Assembly: GCF_009914755.1 (NCBI RefSeq)
Contig: NC_060930.1
Length of the DNA: 64,000 nucleotides
Direction: 5' to 3' (one strand)
Origin: the human T2T-CHM13v2.0 reference genome, Homo sapiens
In this document: in pieces, positions 1 through 12,632 of the stretch
Layout: every line of letters starts with the position of its first letter
Position numbering within the stretch: position 1 is the stretch's first letter
Translations under genes and position numbers: made by a program
The notes under the pieces: generated by a model
Told to the model about the DNA's origin: nothing
The model's database searches: none
Seen by the model: only the letters and a program-made list of their open reading frames with translations

Positions 1-470
1 AAGCAGTTTCTCAGGCTCTTGGTATTCAGTGGAACCTTCATACCCCTTACCATCCTCAATCTTCAGAAAAAGTAAAACAGACTAATAGTCTTTTAAAGAC
101 ACACCTCACCAAGCTCAGCCTCCAACTTAAAAAGACTGGACAGTACTTTTACCACTTGCCCTTCTCAGAATTCGGGCCTGTCCTCGGAATGCTGCAGGAT
201 ACAGCCCATTTGAGCTCCTGTATGGATGCTCCTTTTTATTAGGCCCCAGTCTTATTCCAGACACCAGCCCAACTCGGACTGCACCCCAAAAACTTGTCAT
301 CCCTTCTATCTTCTGTCTAGTCATACTCCTATTCACCATTCTCAACTACTCATAAATGCCCTGCTCTTGTTTACACTGCCGGTTTACACTGTTTCTCCAA
401 GCCGTCACAGCTGGTATCTCCTGGTGCTATCCCCAGACCGCCACTCTTAACTCCCTCTTAAAGTAAATAA

Positions 471-2627
471 ATAATATTTGCTGGCAGGGCACACTCCAAT
501 ACTTTCACCCTGATGAAGTCCTATTCTTTACTTTTATACTCACTCCTATTCTTGTTCCCATTTTTATGCCACCCTCTACCTCTCCCCAGCTAGCTCCACC
601 ACACTATCAATCTCATTCACTCTCTCCTAGCCGTTTCTAATCCCTCATCAAACCATTGCTGAATTTGCATTTCCCTTTCTTCCTGCGCCTACACAGCTGT
701 CCCCGCCTTACATACAGACTGGGCAACCTCTCCTATCTCCCTACACCTCCAAACTTCCTTTAACAGCCCTCACCTTTACCTTCCTAAAGAACTTCTTTAC
801 TTTCTAGACAGGTCCAGCAAGACTTCCCCAGACATTTCACTTCAGCAAGCTGCCGCCCTCCTCCACACTTACTTAAAAAACCTTTCTCCTTATATCAACT
901 CTACTCCCCCCATATTTGGACCCCTCACAACACAAACTACTATTCCTGTGGCCGTTCCTTTATGTATCTCTCGGCAAAGACCCACTGGAATTCCCCTAGG
1001 TAATCTTTCACCTTCTCGATGTTCCTTTACTCTTCATCTCCGAAGCCCAACTACACACATCACTGAAACAATTGGAGCCTCCCAGCTCTGTATTACAGAT
1101 AAGCCCTCTATCAATACTGGCAAACTTAAACACATTAGCAGTTATTATTGCTTAGGAAGACACTTACCCTGTATTTCACTCCATCCTTGGCTACCTTCCC
1201 CTTGCTTGTCAGACTCTCCTCCCAGGCCCTCTTCTTGTTTGCTTATACTCAGCCCCGTAAATAACAGTGAAAGGTTGCTCGTAGACACTCAAAGTTTTCT
1301 CATACACCATGAAAATCAAACCTCCCCCTCTACGTAGTTACCCCATCAGTCCCCATTACAACCTCTGACGGCTGCCGCCCTAGCTGGATCCCTAGGAGTC
1401 TGGGTACAAGACACCTCTTTCAGCACTCCTTCTCATCTTTTTACTTTGCATTTCCGGTTTTGCTCCGCACAAGGTCTCTTCTTCCTCTGTGGATCCTCTA
1501 CCTACATGTGTCTACCTGCTAATTGGACAGGCACATGCACACTAGTTTTCCTTACTCCCAAAATCAATTTGCAAATGGGACTGAACATCTTCCTGTTCCC
1601 CTCATGACACCGACACAACAAAAAAGAGTTATTCCGCTAATTCCCTTGCTTGTCGGTTTAGGACTTTCTGCCTCCACTATTGCTCTCGGTACTGGAATAG
1701 TAGGCATTTCAACCTCTGTCACGACCTTCCATAGCCTCTCTAATGACTTCTCTGCTAGCATCACACACATATCACAAACTTTATCAGTCCTTCAGGCCCA
1801 AGTTGACTCTTTAGCTGCAGTTGTCCTCCAAAACCACCGAGGCCTTGACTTACTCACTGCTGAAAAAGGAGGACTCTGTATATTTTTTAATGAAGAGTGT
1901 TGTTTTTACCTAAATCAATCTGGCCTGGTGTATGACAACATAAAAGAACTCAAGGATAGAGGCCAAAAACTCGCCAACCAAGCAAGTAATTACTCTGAAC
2001 CCCCTTGGGCACTCTCTAATTGGATGTCCTGGGTGCTCCCAATTCTTAGTCCTTTAATACCTGTTTTTCTCCTTCCCTTATTCGGACCTTGTATCTTCCG
2101 TTTAGTCTCTCAATTCATCCAAAACTGTATCCAGGCCATCGCCAATCATTGTATACGACAAATGCTCCTTCTGGGATTACAGGCGTGAGACACCGTGCCC
2201 AGCCATTTTTTTTTTCCTAAAGATGATAACCATTCTTTTCCAGCTGTCTTTTCTTTTTTTTTTTTTTTTTTTTGAGACAGAGTCTCACTCTGTCACCCAG
2301 GCTGGAGTGCAGTGGCGCGATCTCAGCTCATTGCAACCTCCACCTCCTGGGGTTCAAGCAATTCTCCCACCTCAGCCTCCTGAGTAGCTAGGATTACAGG
2401 CACCCGCCATCATGTCCGGCTAATTTTTGTTTTTTTTTTTTTTTGGAGAGATGGGGTTTCACCATGTCAGCTAGGCTGGTCTTGAACTCCTGACCTTAGG
2501 TGATCCGCCCGCCTCAGCCTCCCAAAGTGCTGGGATTATAGGCGTCAGCCACCACACCGGGCAACAAATGCTCCTTCTAACAACCCCACAATATCACCCC
2601 TTACCACAAAATCTTCCTTCAGCTTAA
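471..2627 (+). pseudogene. HERV-H env, near full length but disrupted
   Basis: SU segment PLCISRQRPTGIPLGNLSPSRCSF. Cleavage region QQKR/VIPLIP, immunosuppressive domain LQNHRGLDLLTAEKGGL, CX6CC motif CIFFNEECC and a TM helix are present. Lesions: start appears as ATA at about 471, TAG at 1335-1337, a frameshift near 1560, and an Alu insert at 2173-2563. Original stop TAA at 2625-2627. Confidence 0.92.
2173..2563 (-). mobile_element. Composite Alu insert in env: full AluS-type element, unique spacer, then the first ~32 nt of a second Alu
   Basis: Flanked by the exact 15-bp direct repeat acaaatgctccttct (2158-2172 and 2564-2578). Confidence 0.9.
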
Positions 2628-2778
2628 TATCTCCCACTCTAGGCTCCCACACCGCCCCTAATCCCGCTCGAAGAAGCCCTGAGAAACATCACCCATTATC
2701 TCTCCATACCACCTCCAAAAATTTTCGCAGCCCCAACACTTCACCACTATTTTGTTTATTAATATAAGGAGATAGGAA

Positions 2779-3165
2779 TGTCAGGCCTCTGAGCCCAAGT
2801 TAAGCCATCATATCCCCTGTGACCTGCAGGTATACATCCAGATGGCCTGAAGCAATTAAAGATCCACAAAAGAAGTGAAAATAGCCTCAACTGATGACAT
2901 TCCACCATTGTGATTTGTTCCTGTCCCACCCTAACTGATAAATATATTCTCCCCCACCCTTACGAAGGTACTTTGTAATATTCTCCCCTGCCCTTAAGAA
3001 TGTAGTTTGTATGCCTATCCCAAACCTATAAGAACTAATGATAATCCCACCACCCTTTGCTGACTCTCTTTTCGGACTCAGCCCGCCTGCACCCAGGTGA
3101 AATAAACAGCTTTATTGCTCACACAAAGCCTGTTTGGTGGTCTCTTCACACAGACGCCGGTGACA
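2779..3165 (+). mobile_element. HERV-H 3' LTR (LTR7 family, LTR7B/C-like)
   Basis: Begins tgtcaggcctctgagcccaag and ends tctcttcacacagacgccggtgaca (TG...CA). AATAAA at 3101-3106. Two ttctcccc..cccttaagaa-type repeats in U3. Confidence 0.92.
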
Positions 3166-4926
3166 CTATTTTCCTAAGCCGTCTGGCTAGTAGCCCCTAA
3201 TTGTTCAGCTATTCCTCTAACAGCATCTCTAGTGTAGTTAATAAATCGCTATTGGTTGTAATAGACGTAGTTTACCCAATCTACACTTTTATTAATTGTT
3301 ACCCACCAAAATGTTGACTTAAATCCTGCAGCAATTTGATTTTGGGCTTTAAATTGATCTGGTATTCCCCATGGGACTCTTAATTGTGTCTAAATAGACG
3401 TGAGAGTCGAAAGACCCATAAAGGGCTTCTCTTGCTTTATGATACTTATTTTTCCTTCCTCTCGTTGATGAAATAACAGGGTGAAAGGGATAGCCAATTG
3501 GAATAAAGCACAAGTGCCATTCCAGTTATTTGGCAGTGTCCAGTAAAGATCCACCACAATACCACCACACATCCACTCGGGGATGAACAAGGGCTGACTG
3601 ATTGATAAGCTCTTGAAAATTCTTAAGCTCACTGCATCCTTCAGGTCTCCAAGGAATGCTAAGTTTCCTCCCTATTGGGAGAGACACGAAGTGAACTTAG
3701 TGTTGGGAGACAGAAGCTGGATGGCCCTCGGGGGCTGACGCGCAGGGTGCCGGACTTCAGGATATAGCAGAGAGAGAGCTTGGCGTGAGTTATTACTCCA
3801 GGCTGTAGAATCCTGGAAAAGAGCTACCATGCAGCCCACACCTGGTCGACTGGAGGACCACCTTAGTGGAAAGGGGACAATCTGGGCCTCTGGCCTGCCA
3901 TGTGCACAAGCATAACAATTGCTTTTGTTTAATGTGGACGGAATATTTGATCCATTCCAACCAGGCATTTGCATCTTGGTATCCTGTGTTAATTGCCAAA
4001 ATGTTTTTTAAGTCTTTAACTTCTATGATCCTCTAGTAAAATGAATATATGGTTTTAGGAAATTACAAAAACTGATTGGGGCAGTCCATACTTGCTCTTT
4101 AGTGATCCACAGAACGTTGGACCGACTACGGCATAAAAGCTCTACATTGGGGGTCAAGAATCCTGGTTGACATTGGGATCTTTATCGAAATCCCCCCGGA
4201 TTCAGTGGTCCTAATTTACTAATGCCCAGTGTGAGGAGAGTCAGGAGGGACAGAGGTACTTTTCAGAAGTAGAGAGCTGTCTTTGACTTGGCAAGTTCCT
4301 ACGGGATATAACAAGGCAAGCACTAAATGCAATAGTTTGAGGCGAAATTGACTTGGTTATGTTAATAACTAGATGGTCAGCAATAGAGCGAGGAAAGGAG
4401 AAAGAGTAATAGAATAGATGAAAGAGTTAAATTTTTCTTAGCTTTAATTTGGTAGGGTTTCCCCCTGGGACTATGGCCCACAACTCTGGAGGGGGTGGTG
4501 CTTTCTTGACTCGGGTGTGATGAATCCATCCCTTTTTCGCTGTACAAACTGCAGTCTCGGTGGTTGGCAGCACAAGGTAGGGTCCTTCCCAGGCTGGCTC
4601 GAGTTTTCCTTCTTTCCACCCTCTGATGACAACATGATCTTCAGGCTGGTGCTGGTTTACCAGAAATTTTAGGGGTGGTACCTGTGCTAAAATATTTTTA
4701 GTTTTGAGGGAGAGGAAAGTGGAAGATAAACCAAGCATATAATTTCTAAGAAATCGACCTTTTGTTTTAAATGTGGGGACATCAGCAGTGGACTTTATAG
4801 TCCTTGGTGCCTTCTTACTGAGAAATTTCCTTTAGCACTTATTTTTATTAGTTTTTTTAGACCAAAGAACGCCAAACACCATTTTATATTTGACAGTGCT
4901 TCCTGTATGATTTTTATACCAGATAA

Positions 4927-5578
<652 letters not shown>

Positions 5579-5685
5579 TGATCCACCCACCTCGGCCTCC
5601 CATAGTGCTGGGATTATAGGCGTGAGCCACCGTGCCCGGCCCATAAGGTAAGATTTTTATAGACTGTTTTTTTTTTTCTTTTTGA

Positions 5686-5844
<159 letters not shown>

Positions 5845-6123
5845 TAGCAGAGATGGGGGTTTCTCCATGTTGGTCAGGCTGGTCTCGAACTCCCGACCTC
5901 AGGTGATCTGCCTGCCTCGGCCTCCCAAAGTGCTGGGATTACAGGCATGAGCCACTGAGCCTGGCCTGTTTTTAACTTTTTATAATTTTTGTTAAACAGC
6001 GGGTTAGTGCTTTAAGAAAAACCCGTTGTGTTTTTATTTTAATGCTCAGTTCACAGAAAAACTGGGTGATACCCTTTTAACCTTAGCCAATATGTTTACA
6101 CACATAATTTCCATTACAATTAA

Positions 6124-6283
<160 letters not shown>

Positions 6284-6601
6284 TGAGTAGCTGGGATTAC
6301 AGGTGCCCACCACAACGCCCAGCTAATTTTCGTATTTTTAGTTGAGACGGGGTTTCACCAGGTTGGCCAGGCTGGTCTCAAACTCCTGATCTCAGGTGAT
6401 CCACCCACCTCGGCCTCCCAAAGTGCTAGGTAGGATTACAGGTGTGAGCCACCATGCCTGGCCACAAAATTTTTTTTTAACCTTTTAATGTAGGTAAAAA
6501 TCCACATTCTTATGCCTCCTTATAATCCTTTTACTAAAAGTATATTTTACTTTCCTTATACATCTTGCACATAAATTGTTTCTTCAATAGTTTTACATTC
6601 A

Positions 6602-6950
6602 GGGTAACACCCCTGGTGGCCTTTGGAATGTGTCCAGACTTGCTGGCTTCTTGCTTCTAGCACTCCCATTATCTCAAGTAGCCATACATTTCAAAGAAAA
6701 TGCTAAACCATCACATCTGTAGTTCATTAGCTTGATACATCGCTTCCTTTCAACCCCCACATCCTCACCCCCTGTTTGTTTGATCACCAATAAATAGTGT
6801 GGGCTTCCAGAGCTCCGGGCCTTTGCAACCTCCATACTAGTATTGGCCCCCTGGTCCCACTTTCTCTCTGAACTTGTGTTTTCTCATTCCTTTGACTCTG
6901 CTGGACTTCGTAGCCCCCACGGCCTGGTGTTGGGTCTGATCACCCCAAAA
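6602..6950 (+). mobile_element. 3' portion of an LTR, probably LTR22 (HML-5), antisense to the host provirus
   Basis: AATAAA at 6789-6794. The terminus ggcctggtgttgggtctgatcaccccaaaa matches my recollection of the LTR22 3' end (...gatcaccccaaca). The 5' part is missing. Confidence 0.6.
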
Positions 6951-7107
6951 GGTTGATGGCCTTTTTTTTTTTTCCTGCATTGCTGAGAGCTTGGGTTATT
7001 CCTTGCACTGGGTAGGTCTTGATTTTTCACGCCTGAGGCCGCCACAATAGGGCGGGGTTCACCTCCTCAAGAGAGAGAACCAGAGACCACCCCCAGAGGG
7101 GAATGTA

Positions 7108-7125
7108 ATCCCAGACAAGCCCCCA
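7108..7125 (-). promoter_or_regulatory. Retroviral primer-binding site complementary to tRNA-Pro
   Basis: Minus strand reads TGGGGGCTTGTCTGGGAT, two CpG-type transitions from the canonical Pro PBS TGGGGGCTCGTCCGGGAT. It lies 3 nt inside the LTR end. Confidence 0.9.
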
Positions 7126-7128
7126 AAT

Positions 7129-7601
7129 TGTTATATATAAAGTTTCGGTGCCGCAAAAGGAATATCACTCAAATATAAAATTTTCCTTTTAATTCTCAGC
7201 AAGGCTAGGTACTTCTATATAGAAGGGTGCACCCTTACAGATGGAACAATGGTGAGCGCACACTTGGACAAGGGAGGGGAAGGGGTTCTTATCCCTAATG
7301 CACGTGGCCCCTGCTGCTGTTTCGTTCCCCTATTGGCTAGGGTTAGACAGCACAGGCTAAACTAATTCTGACTGGCTAATTTAAAGAGAATGACGGGATG
7401 AGTGCTTTGGCGGGAGTCAGGGCAGAGCAGGTGGCAGGTGATCAAAATGAGTTAGGGTGGAGCAGGAGATCAGAATGAGTCAGGGTGGAGTAGGTAATCA
7501 AAAAAGATTGCTTTACGAGGAAGTTAAGTTTAAAAGTAGAAGGTAAAGAATTGAACATAATGACAATTATTTGAAAAGAAATTTAGAACTCATATCTAAT
7601 A
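7129..7601 (-). mobile_element. 5' LTR of the HERV-IP10 provirus (LTR10F-like)
   Basis: Minus strand begins tattagatatgagttctaaatttcttttcaaa and ends ...tatataaca next to the PBS. Internal repeats of the gagtcagggtggagcagg type at 7415-7495. Confidence 0.85.
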
Positions 7602-8262
7602 CCCTGGAATATAAGAGGAAGTTGCATGCTGCCTCCTCGGTTTTATCCCAGGTAGCTCTAGCTTTCTTGCTGCCCACAGAGGCCTGGAGCAGGAGAGATG
7701 CTAAGATGCCATGGAGTGCCCATTTGGCCACTGGCAGTCTGGGCAGGTTGCCCCTTTCTGGGTTTGTGGTGACGGAGGGGAGGCCAAAAGGCGCAGACTG
7801 AGTCCCCAGGTGGCTGCAGGCAGCTCCAGCCCAGTCCTGAGGATCCTCCTCACCATGGTCACCTGCCTTAGTAACTGTGCCCAGGAAGTGGCCTGCTGCT
7901 TGCTGTGCTGCTGCTTTTCCTACTTCTGCCCTTCCCTGCCACCCCTCACATGTCTCAGTTGACAAGCAATTCCTTGTCTCCCCTGGCCCCCTAGGGAAAG
8001 GGCTAAGAAACAGTCCATGTACACCCCGACCTTACTAGCCTAAGGTGGGCAAAGGAGTGTGGAGCAGCCTAGAGTACAGAGCCCTGGGGGAGGAGCCCGC
8101 TAATAAGGGACGCTCTCCTATAGCCATATTTAAATGCTAGCTAGGCTGAGGTGGACAAGCTCTGCCAGCTGCTGTCATCTTCAGAAGATAGACGCAGCAG
8201 TAAGGAATATTTGTTTTGCTTTTTTATAAAATGTTTAAAAGCACTGTGGCTAAGAAACTTCA

Positions 8263-8601
8263 GGCCGGGCGCGGTGGCTCATGCCTGTAATCCCAGCACT
8301 TTGGGAAGCCGAGGTGGGCGGATCACGAGGTCAGGAGATCGAGACCATCCTGGCTAACACGGTGAAACCCCGTCTCTAAATTAGCCCGCTGTGGTGGCGG
8401 GCGCCTGTAGTCCCAGCTACTCGGGAGGCTGAGGCAGGAGAATGCTGGGAGTGGTGGCATGCGCCTGTAGTTCCAGCTACTCTGGAGGTCAAGATGGGAG
8501 TCCAGGGCGGTTGAGGCTGCAGTGAGCCAAGATCGTGCCACTACAACCCAGCCTGGGCAACGGAGCGAGACCTTGTCTCAAAAAATTAAAATAAAATAAA
8601 A
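8263..8601 (+). mobile_element. Chimeric Alu (AluY-type 5' part fused to an older AluJ-like right arm)
   Basis: AluY diagnostics (gagatcgagaccatcctggctaacacggtg). After ggagaatg a second right-arm start appears with older features (ttgaggctgcagtgagcc, gagaccttgtctc). Confidence 0.7.
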
Positions 8602-8699
8602 ACTCCCACAAGGAAGAAAGTAGTCATCTTTATAGAGTCCTCTCCATGTAGTGTTAGCACAATCGCTCAAGAGGCACCCAATGTAGAGAAACGACGGTG

Positions 8700-8741
8700 A
8701 GGTTAGCAGTACCAAGGAGCAGGGTTTGAATCCCGGCTCTT

Positions 8742-8773
<32 letters not shown>

Positions 8774-9895
8774 AGTATTTATTGATCATTCTTGGGTGTT
8801 TCTCAGAGAGGGGGATGTGGCAGGGTCATAGGATAGTAGTGGAGAGAAGGTCAGCAGATAAACACGTGAACAAAGGTCTCTGGTTTTCCTAGGCAGAAGT
8901 CCCTGCGGCCCTCGGCAGTGTTTGTGTCCCTGGGTATTTGAGATTAGGGAGTGGTGATGACTCTTAAGCATGCTGCCTTCAAGCATCTGTTTAACAAAGC
9001 ACATCTTGCACCGCCCTTAATCCATTTAACCCTGAGTTGACACAGCACATGTTTCAGAGAGCACAGGGTTGAGGGTAAGGTTATAGATTAACAGCATCCC
9101 AAGGCAGAAGAATTTTTCTTAGTATAGAACAAAATGGTGTCTCCTATGTCTACTTCTTTCTATGCAGACACAGTAACAATCTGATCTCTCTTTCTTTTCC
9201 CCACATTTCCCCCTTTTCTTTTCGACAAAACCGCCATCGTCATCATGGCCCGTTCTCGATGGTCGCTGTCTCTTCAGAGCTGTTGCGTACACTTCCCAGA
9301 CAGGGCAGCCTGGCAGAGGCGCTCCTCACCTCCCAGACGGGGTGGCCGGGCAGAGGCGCCCACTTCCCAGACGGGGCGGCCGAATCCCGGCTCTTTCATG
9401 TTTTAGCTGTTGGGCTTTGGGGAAGTTATTCTACCTCTTTCAGCCTGTGCACCCTGTCTCATCATTAAAAAATGAGAATGAGGCCAAGTGCAGTGGCTCA
9501 TGCCTGTAATCCCAACGCTTGGGGAAGCGGAGGCAAGAGAATTGCTTGAGGCCAGGAGTTTGAGACCAGCCTGGGCAACATAATGAGATCCCAATCTCTG
9601 CAAAAAAATTTAAAAATTATCTGGGCATGGTAGCACACGCCTGCAGTTCCAGCTACTCAGGAGGCTGAGGTGGGAGGATCACTTGAGCCCAGGAATTTGA
9701 GGCTGTAGTGATTGCTCCACTGCACTCTAGCCTGGGTGACAGAATGAGACCCTGCCTCAAAAAAAAAAAAAAAAAAGTGAAAAGTGAAAATGATAATACC
9801 TACTATGAAGGATTGCTTTAAGAAGAAATGAGATAATGTACACAAAAGTACATCACATATCGCTTAGCATGTGGCTGAGACTCAGAAAAAATCCT
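8700..9895 (+). repeat. MIR element split by the SVA and by an AluJ (about 9481-9777)
   Basis: MIR core gggtttgaatcccggctct continues after the SVA (ttagctgttgggctttggggaagttattctacctct) and after the Alu (atgataatacctactatgaaggattgc...gagataatgta). Confidence 0.7.
8742..9381 (-). mobile_element. 5'-truncated SVA retrotransposon (SINE-R plus a few VNTR units; older SVA_A/B-like)
   Basis: Poly(T) at about 8746-8774, then agtatttattgatcattcttgggtgtttctc (SINE-R end) and VNTR units cacttcccagacggggcggcc. Exact 14-bp TSD gaatcccggctctt at 8728-8741 and 9382-9395. Confidence 0.95.
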
Positions 9896-10241
9896 GGCTT
9901 TGTTTTCCTGCATTGGGAGTTTATTGTTGTCAAAGTGATGGTTCCAAGAAGTCAAAGGAGAGCCAGAGAACTGGACAGCTCAGCAGCAGTTGGTTTGGGT
10001 CACCAAATGCCTCTCTTCCCTCCCTATTGCCACTGACTTAGATCCTGGAGATGTAAGGTTTTAAAAACAGCAGCCTATTATCTTTTATTTTTGGTAATCC
10101 TTGTAACCTGGTTCCCTATCTTAATGAAAAAAACCAATGGTTCTGGCTTTATTACCTAAAGAAAGGAATGACAGTATAATACCAATTATAAATAAATGGG
10201 TCAAATTTTTGGCTTTAGAGTTTCAAAGACTTATGGCATTA

Positions 10242-10493
<252 letters not shown>

Positions 10494-12473
10494 TCACTGC
10501 ACTCCAGCCTGGGCGACAGAGCAAGACTCTGTCTCAAAAAAAAAAAAGAAAAGAAAAGAAAAAAAGAGAAAATGAAGAGTTCCTTTTCTCAACACTCTCA
10601 TCAATACATGCATGCACACACACTCTTGCATGCAGCCATGAATTCTCATGTGTGCATACACACATTCAAAGGACTAGATAAAGATTCTCCAGACTTTGCA
10701 ATAGGGAAGTCAGGTGGAAGCAGGGAGCTAGAATGGATAATGTATGAAGAAACTATTAATGTGTTTTTTCCTTTTATACTCTTTTGCCTTCAGCAAGTAA
10801 ATGACCTCTTTCTTATTTGGTTGTGGCATCAAACTGCTTGTGAGGAGATTAAGATTGTTTCAGAAGAAATATAAAGAGAAGGAAATGGTAATATGCATCT
10901 ATTGAAATTCAAAATAGGATTTTGCAGCAAGACAATGGACTTGAAAACTGGACTATGAGAAAGAAATTGTTTTCTGCATTCATTTAGCTCCCATTTAACA
11001 TAATCAAGAGCCAGATCTAGAATCAAGTTTCTACCAAAGGAGGAGGTAATTTAATCTCTCATCTTTGATTTCCTATATGTCCATAATGAGGATAATAACA
11101 GCTACCTCAACAGATTGTTTCCAAAGGGAACCCTTGTCTTTTGAAGTGGCAATTAGAGCTAGGAAGCCAAAGATAAGATATGAAAAGAATAAAAGAGAAG
11201 CCTACCACTTCTCATCTTGGAGTTTCAACAAGACGAAGGCAGGGAGGTGAGAGTCAAGGAGATGCCTTGGAATTGGGGGAATGGCTTCAGAAACATCCAG
11301 AAAACAGAAGAGATCACTGAAGCTGCTACAAAATTTTGCCCATTGTAGATAAGTGGGCAAATCAGGATGCACTGGCAGGGAGACAGGGTCTGTTTTGTGT
11401 TACCAGCCCTTTTCCAGTGATGGGTATTGAATTGAGAGCCATGGGCCTGCCATGGGGCATGGGGGGTAGGAAGAGGGTGACCTGGCAGCAGAGGCATGTG
11501 GTTTGCATAACTTGGTTAGGAGCTGAATGGGAGACATGGTAGAGATTCAGGGGTCCCACTGGGCTACCGAGAGCCACAGGGAGGTTGAGTCAGCCAGAAA
11601 GCACCAGTGAGATCAGATCCAGCCAAGAGATCCACGAGAAACTCTAAATGTTGACTTTAGCCAAAGGCCCCCAGGATGAATGTGACCAAGTACATACTGA
11701 CTCATAAACCGGAGGAGCTGGAGGACACTCTGAGAACCCAAGGACCCTTGCTGTCCTCCTATACCTGTCCCCAGGAGATTGCTTAAGCCACTCTATTTAT
11801 TTTCATGCTCATGGGTTTGTGAGTTGTCTGTGGTTTGTCTAATCAGGCTGGGCTTGACAGGGCTTGGTAGGACTCCTTTAGTCCTGGTCCAGTGTCTATT
11901 CTGGGTCACAGCTGAAGGGGCAATGGATATCTGGAATTTGCCTTTCTCTTGTCAGATCACAGGAGTGCAAGAGGCCAAGCCAAACTACAAAAGCACATTG
12001 AAAGCATCTGCTTGCATCGTGTCCTCTGACATTCTGTTGGCACAAGCAAGTCACACAGCAAAGGGGATGGATGTACACTTAAATAATAAGGAGGAAGCAA
12101 AGGATTGGGAATAACAGTCCAAACCACCACAGGGCCCTACCTACCCCCAAGAAGTAATATCCTCAGATTGATCTGGGAAATCCAAGAGCAGATGATGTTT
12201 CCCATGTGCCAAGAATATCAGTGGAGTATCACACAGAGGGCCCCAAAAGCCAGCACGCCAAGGATGATGGAGCAGGATGAAGAGACCCTGGGTCTTAGAT
12301 AATATCGTTAGGGGGCTTACTGGCTGCTGACCTCCGGACATTTTTGAAATATGAAACAATTAAATGTCTTTATTAACTGACATTATTAGCTGAGTTTTCT
12401 GTTGCTTTCATCTGAATGCATCCTCACTGTTGCAGGACTCTATTTTTATTTTTATTTATTTATTTATTTTTGA

Positions 12474-12632
<159 letters not shown>

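Larger units (their letters stand above)
1..2778 (+). mobile_element. HERV-H provirus, internal 3' part (end of pol/integrase, env, polypurine tract); continues off the left edge
   Basis: Integrase-like remnant near the start (LKTHLTKLSLQLKKDWTVLLPLALLRIRACP...YSPFELLYG). Env reading frames match the recalled HERV-H Env. Purine-rich PPT aatataaggagataggaa at 2761-2778 lies directly before the LTR. Confidence 0.93.

Noticed and set aside
8786-9004. 72-aa ORF MCFVKQMLEGSML...
   Set aside because: Generic translation of the SVA SINE-R region.
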